A DNA stretch of 64,000 nucleotides from Octopus sinensis (GCF_006345805.1 NC_043009.1:40548001-40612000); one strand, 5' to 3'; counted from the stretch's first letter, positions 1 to 13,064 are shown. The notes: generated by a model from the sequence alone, not told the origin. Made by a program: numbers and translations.

Positions 1-509
1 TTTCAAGGTTACTTTAGCAAATTTGTGTAAACCTAATTTCCTACTTATTTCTTTGGTAAATCCATGCGCTATCTGTAGTAGTGTTTCTAGTTGCTTATCA
101 TTTGCAGCTTACAGCTTGAGATCATCCATATACAAGAGATAGCTGATGGCTTTACCATAATAGTTGTATCCACATGCAGTTCTGTTTAGCATATCGGTTA
201 AGGGCGTTAGTGTCAGACAGAAAAGGAGCGGAGAAAGCAAGTCTCCTTGGAATTTGAAATATTCCTCTTCTAATGGAAATGACTTTAGTTTTTGAGAAAT
301 ATCACACGTAACCAGAGCGATGAAGAGATTGTAGAAGTCGAAGACGACAATGACTCCTCTGGTAATTTGTACACTTGGCCTAATACCTTAACTACTACCT
401 CAGAAGCTGAAGAATATTGAAACACGCATTACTGAAGTTGGACTACAAAAAGTAAGAATGTAGCAAATAAGCATGGTCTTTATCTCAAACATTTTTATTT
501 ATTTTTTTA

Positions 510-781
510 TGCGCCTTTTTCAAGCCTAGCCAGGGTCATGGGCCCAGGTTTCCCGGTTTCTATGGCGTATGTCCCCCCCCCGTCCATCGCAGCGTTACTC
601 AAGAAACAGGAAGAAAGAGTGAGAGAAAATTGGGACGAAAGAGTACAACAGGGGTCACCACCACCCACTGCCGGAGCCTCGTGGAGCTTTAGGTGTTTTC
701 TCTCAATAATCACACAAAACGCCCGGTCTGGGAATCGAAACCGCGAGTCCAATGCCCTAACCACTGGGCCATTGCGCCTCC
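510..781 (-). mobile_element. tRNA-derived SINE, head C with tail X
   Basis: Reverse complement of head GGAGGCGCAATGGCCCAGTGG (A box) ... GGTTTCGATTCC (B box). Same family as 31050-31331. Confidence 0.85.
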
Positions 782-786
782 ACTTT

Positions 787-1003
787 GCCCTTTTAAAACC
801 TATCTAGGCTCATGGGCCCGGTTTCCCGGTTTCAATGGCCTATGTGTTCCCCAGCTGGACAGGACGCCAGTCCATCGCAGCGTTACTCATTTTTGCCAGC
901 TGAGTAGACTGGAGCAACGTGAAGTGTTTTGCCCGGTCGAGGAATCGAAACTACAATCTTACACTCATGATGCTGACACCCTAACCACTAAGCCACGCGC
1001 CTC
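787..1003 (-). mobile_element. tRNA-derived SINE, head D with tail X
   Basis: Head GGAGGCGCGTGGCTTAGTGG on the minus strand. The 3' tail (GAGTAACGCTGCGATGGAC...GAAACCGGGAAACCGGGCCCATGA) is shared with the adjacent head-C copy. Matches 43304-43550. Confidence 0.85.
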
Positions 1004-1009
1004 CACTTA

Positions 1010-1720
1010 TCTCAAACATAATGTGGGGAAAATTCATGGTAGTAGGGAAAGAGAAAGTAAATGTTAACATCAAACTAAGCAGTGAGAGGCTCGAACAGGT
1101 TGAATTGTACAAGTATCTTGGAGCTCAAATTTCTGATAAAGACACATGTAAGAAAGAAATTAGGACACGGCTAGACATAGCAAGAACGCCTGTGAAAGAG
1201 CTTAAAAACATCTGGAACAGCAAAAAGTGCTGCAACTAAGTTAAAACAAGACTAATATGAAGGCTCATTTGGACGATAAGCATTTATGGTTGCGAAGGAT
1301 GGGGAGTGAACAAATTTGAAGAGAACATAATCACTGCGTTTGAAATGTGGATGTTATGAGTTTCTCACGAGGAGCATCGAACAAATGAAGGGGTGTTACA
1401 AGTAGGCGAGAGACAACAACCCCTGAACATTAAGATAAAAAAAGGTCTTCTGTTCTAGTCATATTCGAAGAAGTAGGGATCTAGAAAATATTATCACAGA
1501 AGGAAGAGAAGCGGGTAGTAGATCAAGAGGCAAGCAAAGAACGCAATGGGTGGAAAATATCATGAGCTGGTTTGATAATAGTGGCAAGGCGGCTGAAGAA
1601 TTTCGTTGTTGTCATCAATGCTCTGGAGGAATACGATACATGAAGATGACGATTGCTGGCATGCCAGAAATGTGCAATCCGGCACCTTGCGAGAATCCTA
1701 AGGAAGATTTTTTTTAGCTT
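1010..1720 (+). mobile_element. RTE-clade LINE, decayed RT C-terminal fragment
   Basis: Peptides EQVELYKYLGAQI, KEIRTRLDIAR, IYGCEGW and AFEMW match RTE motifs (E.V..F.YLGS.I, LLYGCE.W, AFEMW). Contains stops and frameshifts. Confidence 0.8.
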
Positions 1721-1782
1721 TTGAGGAGACTTGTTGTCACCAGACCGCAAGATAACATGCCTGCTAACATAATGCAGCATGT

Positions 1783-1818
1783 AATAGTTATAATAATAAT
1801 AATAATAATAATATAATA

Positions 1819-1857
<39 letters not shown>

Positions 1858-1870
1858 TAATAATAATAAC

Positions 1871-1948
<78 letters not shown>

Positions 1949-1970
1949 AATAATAATAATAATAATAATA

Positions 1971-2023
<53 letters not shown>

Positions 2024-2027
2024 AATA

Positions 2028-2077
<50 letters not shown>

Positions 2078-2133
2078 AATAATAATAATAATAATAATAA
2101 TAAGTCATCGCATAGCTCTACATAGATTCATAT

Positions 2134-2169
<36 letters not shown>

Positions 2170-2215
2170 GCAAAGATGACAACGACGACGACGACAACAA
2201 CTTCAACAACAAGAT
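1783..2215. repeat. Compound (TAA)n/(ATG)n/(AAC)n microsatellite
   Basis: Read directly from the sequence. Confidence 0.97.
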
Positions 2216-2341
2216 AACGTTGAAGCTGTTTATTAATAAACCATCATATTTTCTTTATCGATTTCTTTACAAGTTTCAACTAAATTTTCCTCGTCATGCA
2301 ACCCACTCCAGCATGGGATTTGGAAGAATTTTTATGCAGCT

Positions 2342-2343
<2 letters not shown>

Positions 2344-2382
<39 letters not shown>

Positions 2383-2387
2383 GTGTG

Positions 2388-2422
<35 letters not shown>

Positions 2423-2712
2423 TGTGTGTGTGCGTGTGTGTGTGTGTGCGTGTGTGTGTGTGTGTGGTGTGTGTGTGTGTAAATATATACATACATACAT
2501 GCATACATACACATATACATGTATATGTGTGTGTGTATGAGTGCGCTCAAGTACGTATATATATATGCGCGTGTGTGTGCACGCGCACTTGTGTGAGAGT
2601 GTATGTGTGTGTATATATATGTGCATATACATACACACACACATGCAAACATTTATGTATATGCACATCATATAAATATATATATATAGATAGATAGATA
2701 ATAGATAGATAT

Positions 2713-2783
<71 letters not shown>

Positions 2784-2828
2784 TGTGTGTGCGTGTGTAC
2801 ATAAATATATATGAACAGAATATATATA

Positions 2829-2866
<38 letters not shown>

Positions 2867-2937
2867 GTGTATATATATAAATGTATATATATATATGCGT
2901 GTATGTATGCATATGTATATATACTTACATGTGTTTG

Positions 2938-2976
<39 letters not shown>

Positions 2977-3032
2977 CACATATATGTGTGTGCGTGTGTA
3001 CATAAATATATATGAACAGAATATATATATAT

Positions 3033-3068
<36 letters not shown>

Positions 3069-3140
3069 CGTGTATATATATAAATGTATATATATATATG
3101 CGTGTATGTATGCATATGTATATATACTTACATGTGTTTG

Positions 3141-3186
<46 letters not shown>

Positions 3187-3238
3187 TGCATACATATACA
3201 TACTTATATATGCATATATATTCTTACATTCACACAGT

Positions 3239-3314
<76 letters not shown>
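2344..3314. repeat. (GT)n, (TA)n and (GATA)n compound repeat with an internal ~200-bp tandem duplication
   Basis: CACATATATGTGTGTGCGTGTGTACATAAATATATATGAACAGAAT occurs at ~2775 and ~2977. Confidence 0.95.
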
Positions 3315-3628
3315 CGTATCTCCATGTGCGTATGAATATATGAATTTCTAATGTCTTATGCCTCGTTGTGTGCATGTGCGTAAGTACCTGTATGTACGTG
3401 CACGCATGTGTGTGTGTACGCATGCATATGTGATTACTTATATATAATGAATGTCCGCGCAAGAATATATGAATTTATTATATATTAAGATACATGTTTG
3501 TGTGTATATGTGCATGGGTGTATGCATTAGTATGGGCATATGTGTCTTCAGATGTGTGTATGTGTTGTGTATGAATGTATATAGATGAGACTGTGTCGAT
3601 ATGTTTGTTTGCGTATATGGATGTGCTA

Positions 3629-3663
<35 letters not shown>

Positions 3664-4228
3664 CTAGGTTAATGTCAATAAATCAAACAGATAATTTTGA
3701 AAGTAATATTATAAAAAGAAGATAACTTTTTGTAAAGAAACGTGACTAGAAGTCAGCGGAACAGCTTCTATAACATTCACCATATTATCACAGGGTCACG
3801 AAACTATAAGGTGGCTTTAATCGATACAATCGACTCCAGCCGTCACAGTCCTCACCACCCCGCATGTACAACACTGACACTTTATTTCATGGAAGTACCC
3901 GCGAATGGTAAGTATAGGGGAATGACCATTCTCTTTTTACACACTCAGAACGGAGCTATATGCAATAAAATAACTTTAGTTGTTTAATCCAGTAGTCTGA
4001 AGAGGGAATGAGTTTTCATACATTTACTTTATTTAAAATGAATTTACTAACACCAATAGTTTCCGTATAAGTACTCACAATGAACATTACTGTCCTCAGT
4101 AAACACCAAACCCAAGAAACAGCTGTTAAGGATCACCCGCATTTCCAATTGTCATTTTGTGAGGTTCGAGTATGGAATCCTTGGATTTTTACATATCTAT
4201 CCAGGATTAATCTCTAAGGAATGATCTT

Positions 4229-4452
4229 ATTTCTTTACTACCCACAAGGGGCTACACACAGAGAGGACAAACCAGGACAGACAAACGGATTAAGTCGATT
4301 ATATCGACCCCAGTGCGTAACTGGTACTTATTTAATCGACCCCGAAAGGATGAAAGGCAAAGTCGACCTCGGCGGAATTTGAACTCAGAATGTAGCGGCA
4401 GACGAAATAGCGCTAAACATTTCGCCCGGCGTGCTAACGATTCTGCCAGATC
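4229..4452 (-). mobile_element. SINE family B, full copy
   Basis: Reverse complement of the family-B body GTCGACTTTGCCTTTCATCCTTTCGGGGTCGAT and tail CCCCTTGTGGGTAGTAAAGAAAT. Confidence 0.9.
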
Positions 4453-5102
4453 ACAGCCTTATGGAATGATCTGGTTCTCCTCTCTTTTATGTTTGACATT
4501 AGACTATAAAGTCTCAGGATACATACATATCTATAAAGAACTACTGTGAACTCCCACTTTCCCAATTTTTCTGTTTCTATTTGATTCATATATCTTTATA
4601 CTTAATTCTATGTAACCAATTTATAAATGGTTTGATGACATTTAAAACTACCGTTAATTTTGTTTATTTCATTAGCTTGACCGGTACATTATTTTTATTT
4701 AACATTGTCAGTCTTAAATTAATTTAACATTAACATTCTTGACACCAATATTCAACAAAATAAATCGAACAAAACAGTGAAAATAACGATTAAAAACATA
4801 ATGATTAAAAATGTTATTTCCCAAACGAAACCAATCTCCCCGTTGGAATCACCAAATTTCCATCTGGATTCTTGAAATTTTCACTACTCGGAATTTTTCC
4901 TCCAGGGTTGATATATTAATAGACAAGAAATATTTACGAGTTGGCGTAACAGCTTAACATAATGACAGAGCAAACTTCCCAGTAATGCCATCTACATGAA
5001 GCACAATAGTTTGTTGATCCATTTGAATTGCTTTTGGAATGGAGAGTGGGAAACAATGTTAATTATCTCTAGTCTCAAAACAAAAAGATGACATCTCCTA
5101 AA

Positions 5103-5104
<2 letters not shown>

Positions 5105-5138
<34 letters not shown>

Positions 5139-5172
5139 TGTGCCTGTGTCTGTGTGTGTGTGTGTGTGTGTG

Positions 5173-5215
<43 letters not shown>

Positions 5216-5262
5216 TGTGTGTGTGTGTGTGTCTGTGTGTGTGTCTGTGTGTGTGTCTGTGT

Positions 5263-5339
<77 letters not shown>

Positions 5340-5527
5340 TCTGTGTGTGTGTCTCTGTGTGTGTGTCTGTGTGTGTTACGAATTAAAAGCAGGTCTAATA
5401 ATGTAAACATTATCGATCGTACATGAGTAGTGTATGTGTGTATTTTGATTATATGGCCATATGCTGCGGAATAGCATCCTCAGAAAGCTCTCTACACGAC
5501 GTATAAAGGTACATATGCATATATATA

Positions 5528-5603
<76 letters not shown>
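5105..5603. repeat. (GT)n at 5105-5377 and (TA)n at 5520-5603
   Basis: Read directly from the sequence. Confidence 0.95.
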
Positions 5604-5608
<5 letters not shown>

Positions 5609-6915
5609 GATGAAAGACAGAAGATGGAATACACGAGAATTTATTATTAAACACGACAATTGTTTCAACACATCTAGCATCGATTCGTCTTGGGGGAGAC
5701 ACTCAACAACCGGTTCAGGAGCATCCGGTGGTGCAGATGTATCTCGTCGAGTGATAAATAAATACAACTCGATAAAATAACTGTTCCGCAATGTAACTTC
5801 CCGTTTTGTAGAAAGAAAAACACATCCAGACGGAGGAAATATCTTAATGTACATAGAAGATCAAAAATAAAATCACAGATGACAAAAAGAGAAACGAACA
5901 CGCAATCCAGTGAGAAAACTACTAAAAATCACCGTTAACAGATATGAATATATGAACGCCCTCGGACAAGCTGCATGGCGCGAGTGCACTCGCTCGCAAA
6001 AAACAAAAAAATGTGAGCATACGCACACGTGATGTTTGGTGCACTCATGATCACAAAGCGAGTTAGCTATCTATTTGGTGTTTGTAAGAATGGGGAGGTT
6101 AAAAGTGCACTTAAATCATCCATACCTCAATGTAAATTAGATTAAATTAACGTTTACTCAAAATTCATTCCCACTGCATTGTGCGAAAGTACATTTATAT
6201 GCGTGTAAGCATCTCGAGAGTCGTTCAGAAATTCTATTAATGATCTCGTTAGTCCACAGAATAAACAGGGATTCCTCGGAACAGAGACGACATCTCCTGG
6301 AAATTATATTGTATGGTTTCTCGTACGTTACTATTGACCAATTAATGCTGTACTTCATTTTATCCTCCTTCAGTCGCCATACAAAATCTGCCAAAGATGT
6401 TGAATGTCTCTTATTGATTGTCATAAAGCTGGCAACATGGTTACGACAACAATTCTTAAATGAATCAGCCATCTACTCGATGTAAACATGCGGCCCTTCC
6501 CTTGTGTGCACGGTACATTTATATACAAGATTTGTACTCATACAGAGATTCATCAAAGGACACTTTGATTTTTCTCTGCAAGAGCATTTATCGTTTATTA
6601 TTTGTATATAAGGCAGTCCCGCTCCATTTACCGTTGTTACCGTGTCAACTGTATCGTATTTCTACTACTACAAATTGTTTGTAGTTGGTGTTTTATATAC
6701 AGTAAGTATCATATCAATGTTATTAATTAATTCATTAGAATTATTAGCACATTTAATTAGCCTCGTTTTTTGTATTTTCAGTGTCATTAATCATAATGCA
6801 TTTATCATAAAAATAATAATACTGTTGTAAATTTTTAATTTTTTGATAAAAGCAAATGAGTATTGTATGTGTTTTCTTTTTCATAATTATATGTCTGATT
6901 TTGCACCACCCTGTG
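5604..6915 (-). mobile_element. Penelope-like element fragment with decayed GIY-YIG endonuclease (~6158-6590), flanked by (TA)n
   Basis: Minus frame KCSCREKSKCPLMNLCMSTNLVYKCTVHTREGPHVYIE*MADSFKNCCRNH...LADFVWRLK...YSINWSIV...PYNIISRRCRLCSEE matches the PLE pattern CNC...CPL...C....IVYK...YIG...F..R..NH...LS.YIW.LK...PY....RC.LC..E. One in-frame stop. Confidence 0.8.
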
Positions 6916-6918
6916 TGA

Positions 6919-6970
<52 letters not shown>

Positions 6971-7304
6971 TTATATATATATATATTATATATATATATA
7001 TGCTTAGATATGTATACATGTATGTGTATGTATGTATTTATGCATGTATTTATGTATGTATGTATGAATGTATGTCTCTATATTGTACGTATATATGTAC
7101 GCATATTTATGCATAATATACATATGCTTGTAAATATATATATATATGCATGTATAATACGCATATGCATGTGTATATATGTGTATGTTTGTGCTTGTGT
7201 GAATCGAAGTCACTATCACTCTCTTCTCTTATAAAAGTTTAAGAAACAGGTACTCTAATAAAAGGTATCGAATAATCCCTCAATTTAATGTTAAATTGCT
7301 TTTA

Positions 7305-8460
7305 TAGGCGCAGGCGGGGGCTGTGTGGTAAGAAGCTTGCTTCCGCTTCCGGTTGTGTCAGTGCCCTGGAGGGCAATAAAGTTTTGTTTCTTCCCACGTA
7401 TTGTGGGAGGAAACTGACGCGGGCTTGGGTTTGCGGGTTGTCACCGGATTTAAAACCAGGCTGGATAGAGGACACTATCTGCCGGGGTTTGGGTGGCAGC
7501 GGCACCAAGCTCCTTAATGTTAAATTATTAGGTCGGGTCAAAAGGTATTTTGACCCGACCCAATCAGGTGAAAAGTTATTTTGAGCAACAATGGGTGTTC
7601 ACCGAAGGATCCTATAGATGAGGGAGGGGAGGAGTCTGAAGAAGCTGAGTGATGAATATCGCTTGTGGTCGGGCGGCCCCAACACATCACCCGCTTTGTG
7701 CTTGAGTGAGGCGTGGGAAATGGCCGGGTATGGGGTCACAGGCGATACTGAAGAGGACTATGGGTAAGAGGCTAGAAAGCCTCGATATTGTGAACTTATA
7801 AGAGGTTTGAAACCTCATGCTGTTTTTAACCAAGGTACGAGGCAAAGTGCCTCATTTTTGTGTGTAAATGAACAATTGTAAGAGGTTTATTGCTTCATGT
7901 ATGATAAATAAGAGAACAATGTTTTCGGGAAACCACAATCGGCGGGCGTTGTCTGTTTCCCCCTTTAATCATCATTTTCACTTTTCATCTCATATAACAT
8001 TATGTCTGTGTCCAGCCCGCAGCTTCCTTCTTTCTCTATGTATGGCCATTATAGCCAATATAATGAAATACAGAAACTTGCTTCCCAACCACATGGTTCT
8101 GAGTTCAGTCCCACTGCAGGGCACCTTGGGCAAGTGTTTTCTACTATAGCCACGGGCCAACCAAGGCCTTGTGAATGGATTTGACAGACGGAAACTGAAA
8201 GAATCCCGTCGTATATATATATGTATGTGTGTGTGTATCTGTCTGTCTGTGTCTGTGTGCCTGTGTTTGTTCACTCCACTCCATCGCTTGACAACTGGTG
8301 TTGGAGTGTTTATGTCCCCATAACTTAGCGGTTAGGCAAGAGATCGGTGGAATAACTACCAGGCTTGAAAAAAATACTGACGCCGATACATTCGACTATA
8401 AATACTTCAAAACGATGCCCCAGCATGGCTACAGTCTAATGACTGAAAGAAGTAATATGT
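7305..8460 (+). mobile_element. SINE family A, split by an insertion at 7345-8071
   Basis: Head 7305-7344 resumes at 8072. AGAAGCTTGCTTCC (7331-7344) and AGAAACTTGCTTCC (8072-8085) flank the insert. Confidence 0.85.
7345..8071 (+). mobile_element. Unclassified 727-bp retroposon-like insertion
   Basis: Bounded by a 14-bp TSD with one mismatch. The 3' end CTCTATGTATGGCCATTATAGCCAATATAATGAAATAC loosely resembles the SINE-B tail. Contains several hairpins. Confidence 0.55.
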
Positions 8461-8507
8461 AAAAGATAAAAGAAAGATATATAACTTGGCATAAATTCAA
8501 ACATTAA

Positions 8508-8705
8508 GACAGATAGATAGATAGGTTGAGAGAGAGAGAGAGAGGGAGGAGGGAGTGAGAGGGAGGGAGGGAGGGGGAGAGAGAGGGGCAGACAGAAAAA
8601 GACAGACAGACAGGTAGACAGACACACAGATAGGGAGAGAGAGGCAGACAGACAAAGACAGACAGACAGACAGATGGGCGGGAAGACAGACAGACAGGCA
8701 GACAT

Positions 8706-8755
<50 letters not shown>

Positions 8756-8935
8756 GTAGAGAGAGAGAGGTAGACAGACGGACCGACAGGCAGAGAGAGA
8801 GAGAGAGGCAGACAGACAACTAAATAGATAGATGGACAAACAGATAGACAGATAGATAGATAGACAGATAGATAGATACATACATACATACATACATACA
8901 TACATACATACATACATAGAAAGAAAGATAGATTG
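8508..8935. repeat. (GATA)/(GA)/(GACA)/(TACA) compound microsatellite
   Basis: Read directly from the sequence. Confidence 0.95.
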
Positions 8936-10264
8936 GTATGAAGTGCATCTCTTCATTTACGGGTCCTTGCCTTGCCTCCTGTGTTTCAGTAAATACATTG
9001 CTTCCTTTTAATTTTAATCTTACACGAATCCTGATTCAACGATCTGGAAATATTAAAAAGTGCTGGATTGATTGGACTGGGGCTATATGTTTTACGAAGT
9101 ATTCCCGGAAAAGAGAGTGTGTGTGTGTGGGGGGGGGGAATGAGAGAAGATTTATAAATGAATGAGCTTATTTAAATAATGTTAATTATATTAATTACAT
9201 TCACCACTGACAGGCAAATGAGATTTACAAGACATTGTTGTGTGATATGAAACTATGAACGTGTTGCTGCGTTGAAGCCGATATTGTTGGTCAATTCCTA
9301 CAGCCAAGTTGTTTTCTTACGCTTCTCACTTGAGATATCTTTCGTTTCAACATATAAATTCGCTGGATGATTTAGTTAAGTCATTAGCATTTCGAAATAA
9401 CGATGTAATTAGATAGTGTGCAAATGAGAAAACAGGTAGTAATATATTTAACAAACTGACATGACCATACTATTTCATATGATGAGAGCAACAACAGTGT
9501 GTATGGATTCCAGCCTCGGGTTATGTTCTTCTGTGTAATGCAGACATCTACTAAATAAATTATTATCCAATACAAGAAACACCAAAGCAAATACAACCAT
9601 GTAAAAGTTGCTGTGAATCAGAAAATCATTAGCAAACAGTAGCTTTTGTTACTTCAGTTCGCCACTAGCCGGAAGAATTTTTCAGTGTTGGTCGATGTAT
9701 ATTAATTATTATCTTGTGGCTTATACGTCACATCACTTTTCTTCCATATATCTTTGTCGTGAGGTTTCGATATTATGAACTGTTCTATAATGTACACTGT
9801 TGATTTAAAACTGATATAATAATGACAAGCCAGCCGGCAAGAAGCGAGTAATACAATAATATTAAAGGTCTCGTTCTCAATAAGAAATATTGGCACGGGA
9901 AATGATTGATTGGAACAGCAGTGAGGCGATGTTATCTGGGGATTTCGCAGCTGACACTATCTGTCTTAGTCAGTCAAGGTGGCAGATAAACAATAGTACT
10001 GCTTAAATGACAGCCGCATCAATGTAAATAGCTGACTGGTGACTGCGAACGTATTTTCAAGTAACCTGAACAGCGAAAGTGCGGGTTATAGAAGCAAAGC
10101 AATTTATCTACTAACCAATAAAGATATCGCTTTCATTTAGCAAGATGGTCGTTTCGATTCCATCATGTAAAATGATTGACGTCATTTGAAACGAAAAAGG
10201 CACCAACAGAACAAATTTGGGCGTTGAACTTGAGTACGCAAAAATAATAAAAATGGTTTGAAAT

Positions 10265-10650
10265 TTTAGCACAGGGCCTGCAAGTTTGTGGGAGGAGGAG
10301 TCTAGTTGATTATATCAACCCCAGTGCTCAACTGGTACTATTTTATCGACTCCGAAAGAATGGAAAGCAAAGTACGCATCGGTGGAGTTTGAACTCCGAA
10401 CATAGAGACAGACGGAATGCCGCTAAACAGTTTGTCTGACGCGCTAACGATTCATCTATTTCGTCGCCTTTTTCAAATTTTGGCCCAAGACCAGCAATAT
10501 TGAGAGGAGGGGTATAGTCAATACCATCGATTCCAGTACTTAACTGGTACTTTATTTTATTTTATCGACTCAGGAGAGATGAGAGACAAAGTTGACTTCT
10601 GCGGGATTTGAACACAGAAATTTAAGAATTGCAACTAACGCTGCAATGCT
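10265..10650 (-). mobile_element. Two old SINE-B-related copies
   Basis: Degenerate CCCCAGT...AACTGGTACT..TTTATCGAC..CGAAAG...GAAAG.CAAAGT motif at ~10310 and ~10530. Confidence 0.7.
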
Positions 10651-10730
10651 TAAAAAAATAATAAAATAAAACGTTTAAACGATTCTACCAGTTTCCTACC
10701 CTGTAGCGCCTTACAATATGGAGACATATT

Positions 10731-10955
10731 GTGTGTGTGTGTGTGTGTGTGCTTTTATTCTTTCAAATGTTTCAACCTTACGGCTGTGGCCATACACACA
10801 CGCGCGCACATGTATGTATGTATATATGTATGTATGTATATATGTATGTATGTATATATGTATGTATGTATATATGTATGTATGTATATATGTATGTATG
10901 TATATATGTATGTATGTATATATGTATGTATGTATATATGTATGTATGCATGCAT
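10731..10955. repeat. (GT)n and (TATG/TATA)n repeat
   Basis: Read directly from the sequence. Confidence 0.9.
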
Positions 10956-11529
10956 GCAGTCCAACAAACTTAAAAATCCACGAAATCTTAAAAACTGGGA
11001 TGGTCACAACCGGAACGCCTTTCATCATAACTCTGCTTGAGCAGGATTAACGTGGGACTAAACAATAAAGACGACGGCGGGGGTGACAGCGGAGGACGGG
11101 TGGGATACGGGGTTGAGGCGACGGTGGGTAGGATAGGTGCCGGCAGCGGCGGGGAAGACGATCACAATGACAACAACGGATGCGGCGGCGGCGGCGGCGG
11201 CGGCGGCGGCAGCGACGACAATGACTCCGACAACGATAAAAACTGCCAGATAAACAAAAACAAAAAAAGACCAAAAAGGGAATACAAATAAAAAATATAT
11301 AAAGACTGGAATATGGCTGGCCTGGTAGCCAGATTGCACCACACACAATGAATGATTGAGCAGTATGATCCCAGAACAGTTTGAAGAATGGCATATACTT
11401 TGTGTTGTGCTAATGAGTCACTCCCAAATGTTCCATCAATTAATCTCTGTCTCAATGGTATTCCAACGAAATCTGACAGGGAATATTTAACAGTCTCAAG
11501 AACTCTCATAAAACATGTGTAAAAATCTT

Positions 11530-11765
11530 CCTTTTCCCTTCTCTCTATCCCGCTTGCCTTCCACCTATCTCTCTCTTTCTCTCTTTCTCTCTGTCTCTCT
11601 TTCTTTCAGACGCTTTCTCTCTGCCTTTCTCTGTCTCTTTTGCTTTCTCTTTCCGTTTCCCTATCTGTCTCTTTTCCTTTGTGTCTGTTTCTCCCTCTGT
11701 CTCTCTTACTCTGTGTGTGTCTGTCTGTCTGTCTCTCTCTCAGTCTCTTTATCTCTCCCTTCCTT

Positions 11766-11807
<42 letters not shown>

Positions 11808-11912
11808 TGCATTCTGTCTCTCTTGCCTTTTTTCCTCTCTCTCTGTTTCACTTTCTCTCTCTTTTACTCTATCCTTTTCGATTTCTGCTGTTTTCTGGTT
11901 TTCGGTCTCTTT

Positions 11913-11961
<49 letters not shown>

Positions 11962-12020
11962 CTATCTACCTATCTATCTATCTATTACTCTCTTTTTCGC
12001 CCTTTTTATCTTCCCCTCTT
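11530..12020. repeat. (CT)/(TCTA) pyrimidine-rich low-complexity tract
   Basis: Read directly from the sequence. Confidence 0.9.
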
Positions 12021-12610
12021 CTCAACCATATGTTGGATTAAAAACATATGAGTCAGCAGAAAATTGTGTCAGCTTCACAAAACAATTCTCGAAGAATTTG
12101 ATCCGGCAAAACTCCAAAGAACAAACAAACCGAGGCCAAACAGATGCCAAGCAATGGAAAATAATATCTACTTGTTACAGGCAAAACATACAAAAACACA
12201 GCGATACATGTACAGCAATTACTACAAGATATAAGCTGAAATTCAAACTGGACCTCAAACTAAAAGAAAAAATGGGGAAAAAAATGGCTACATCATTTAC
12301 CAAAGATGATGATGATGACGATGATGATGATTTCTTTTATTTGCCTCAGGGGCATCAGTACAATAAATTGTGTTTACATATCAGACATGTTTTGGTTACG
12401 ATAGTCATAAGAAACATGTAGTTTTCGCTGTATATGTTTAATTCCCAGTTGGAACTATTTCATAGTTATCATAAATGTCGCTAGGAAAAGGCATGCGTAT
12501 GAACAATCCTCCTCAAACTGGCCCCCTCCCCCATTCCTTTAAATTCGTGGCCTTGTACCAAAGTTATAAATCATTTACTAATATTTGACAAAAGTATATA
12601 AACTTATTTA

Positions 12611-12776
12611 TAGGCGTAGGAGTGAGTGTGTGGTAAGAAGCTTGCTTACCAACCACATGGTTCCAGGTTCAGTCCCACTGCGTGGCACCTTGAGCAAGTG
12701 TTTTCTGCTATAGCCTCGGGCTGACCAAAGTCTTGTGAGTGGATTTGGTAGACGGAAACTGAAAGAAGCCCGTCGT

Positions 12777-12843
<67 letters not shown>

Positions 12844-12886
12844 TGTGTATTTGTGTTTGTCCCTACCCCATTGCTTGACAACCTTA
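12611..12886 (+). mobile_element. SINE family A, 3'-truncated
   Basis: Head TAGGCGTAGGAGTGAGTGTGTGGTAAG, B box GGTTCAGTCCC, internal (TA)/(GT) tract. Confidence 0.88.
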
Positions 12887-13064
12887 GCGATATATATATA
12901 TATACGACGGGCTTTTTTCAGTTTCCGTCTACCAAATTCACTCACAAGGCTTTGGTCGGCCTGAGGCTATAGTAGAAGACACTTGCCCAAAGTGCTACGC
13001 AGTGGGACTGAACCCAGAATCATGTGGTTGGTAAACAAGTTTCTTACCACACAGCCACTCCTGC
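12887..13064 (-). mobile_element. SINE family A, 5' half, inverted relative to 12611-12886
   Basis: Reverse complement of the same head and body. Confidence 0.88.

Noticed and set aside
316-470. Acidic peptide SDEEIVEVEDDNDS followed by a donor-like GTAAG
   Set aside because: An in-frame stop precedes the donor, and the segment is too short to classify as an exon or transposase N-terminus.
1788-3462. Long ORFs such as the 273-aa and 213-aa entries
   Set aside because: These are translations of (TAA), (ATG), (GT) and (TA) microsatellites. The same applies to the YI/CV/HT-rich ORFs throughout the window.
10177-10184. TGACGTCA (CRE) with a nearby CCAAT, and TGAGTCA at ~11413
   Set aside because: Short motifs occur by chance, and there is no transcript or conservation evidence.
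11037-11291. GC-rich Gly/Asp ORF that resembles a CpG island
   Set aside because: It is a degenerate (GGC)/(GAC) trinucleotide tract of ~200 bp with no other promoter or exon evidence.
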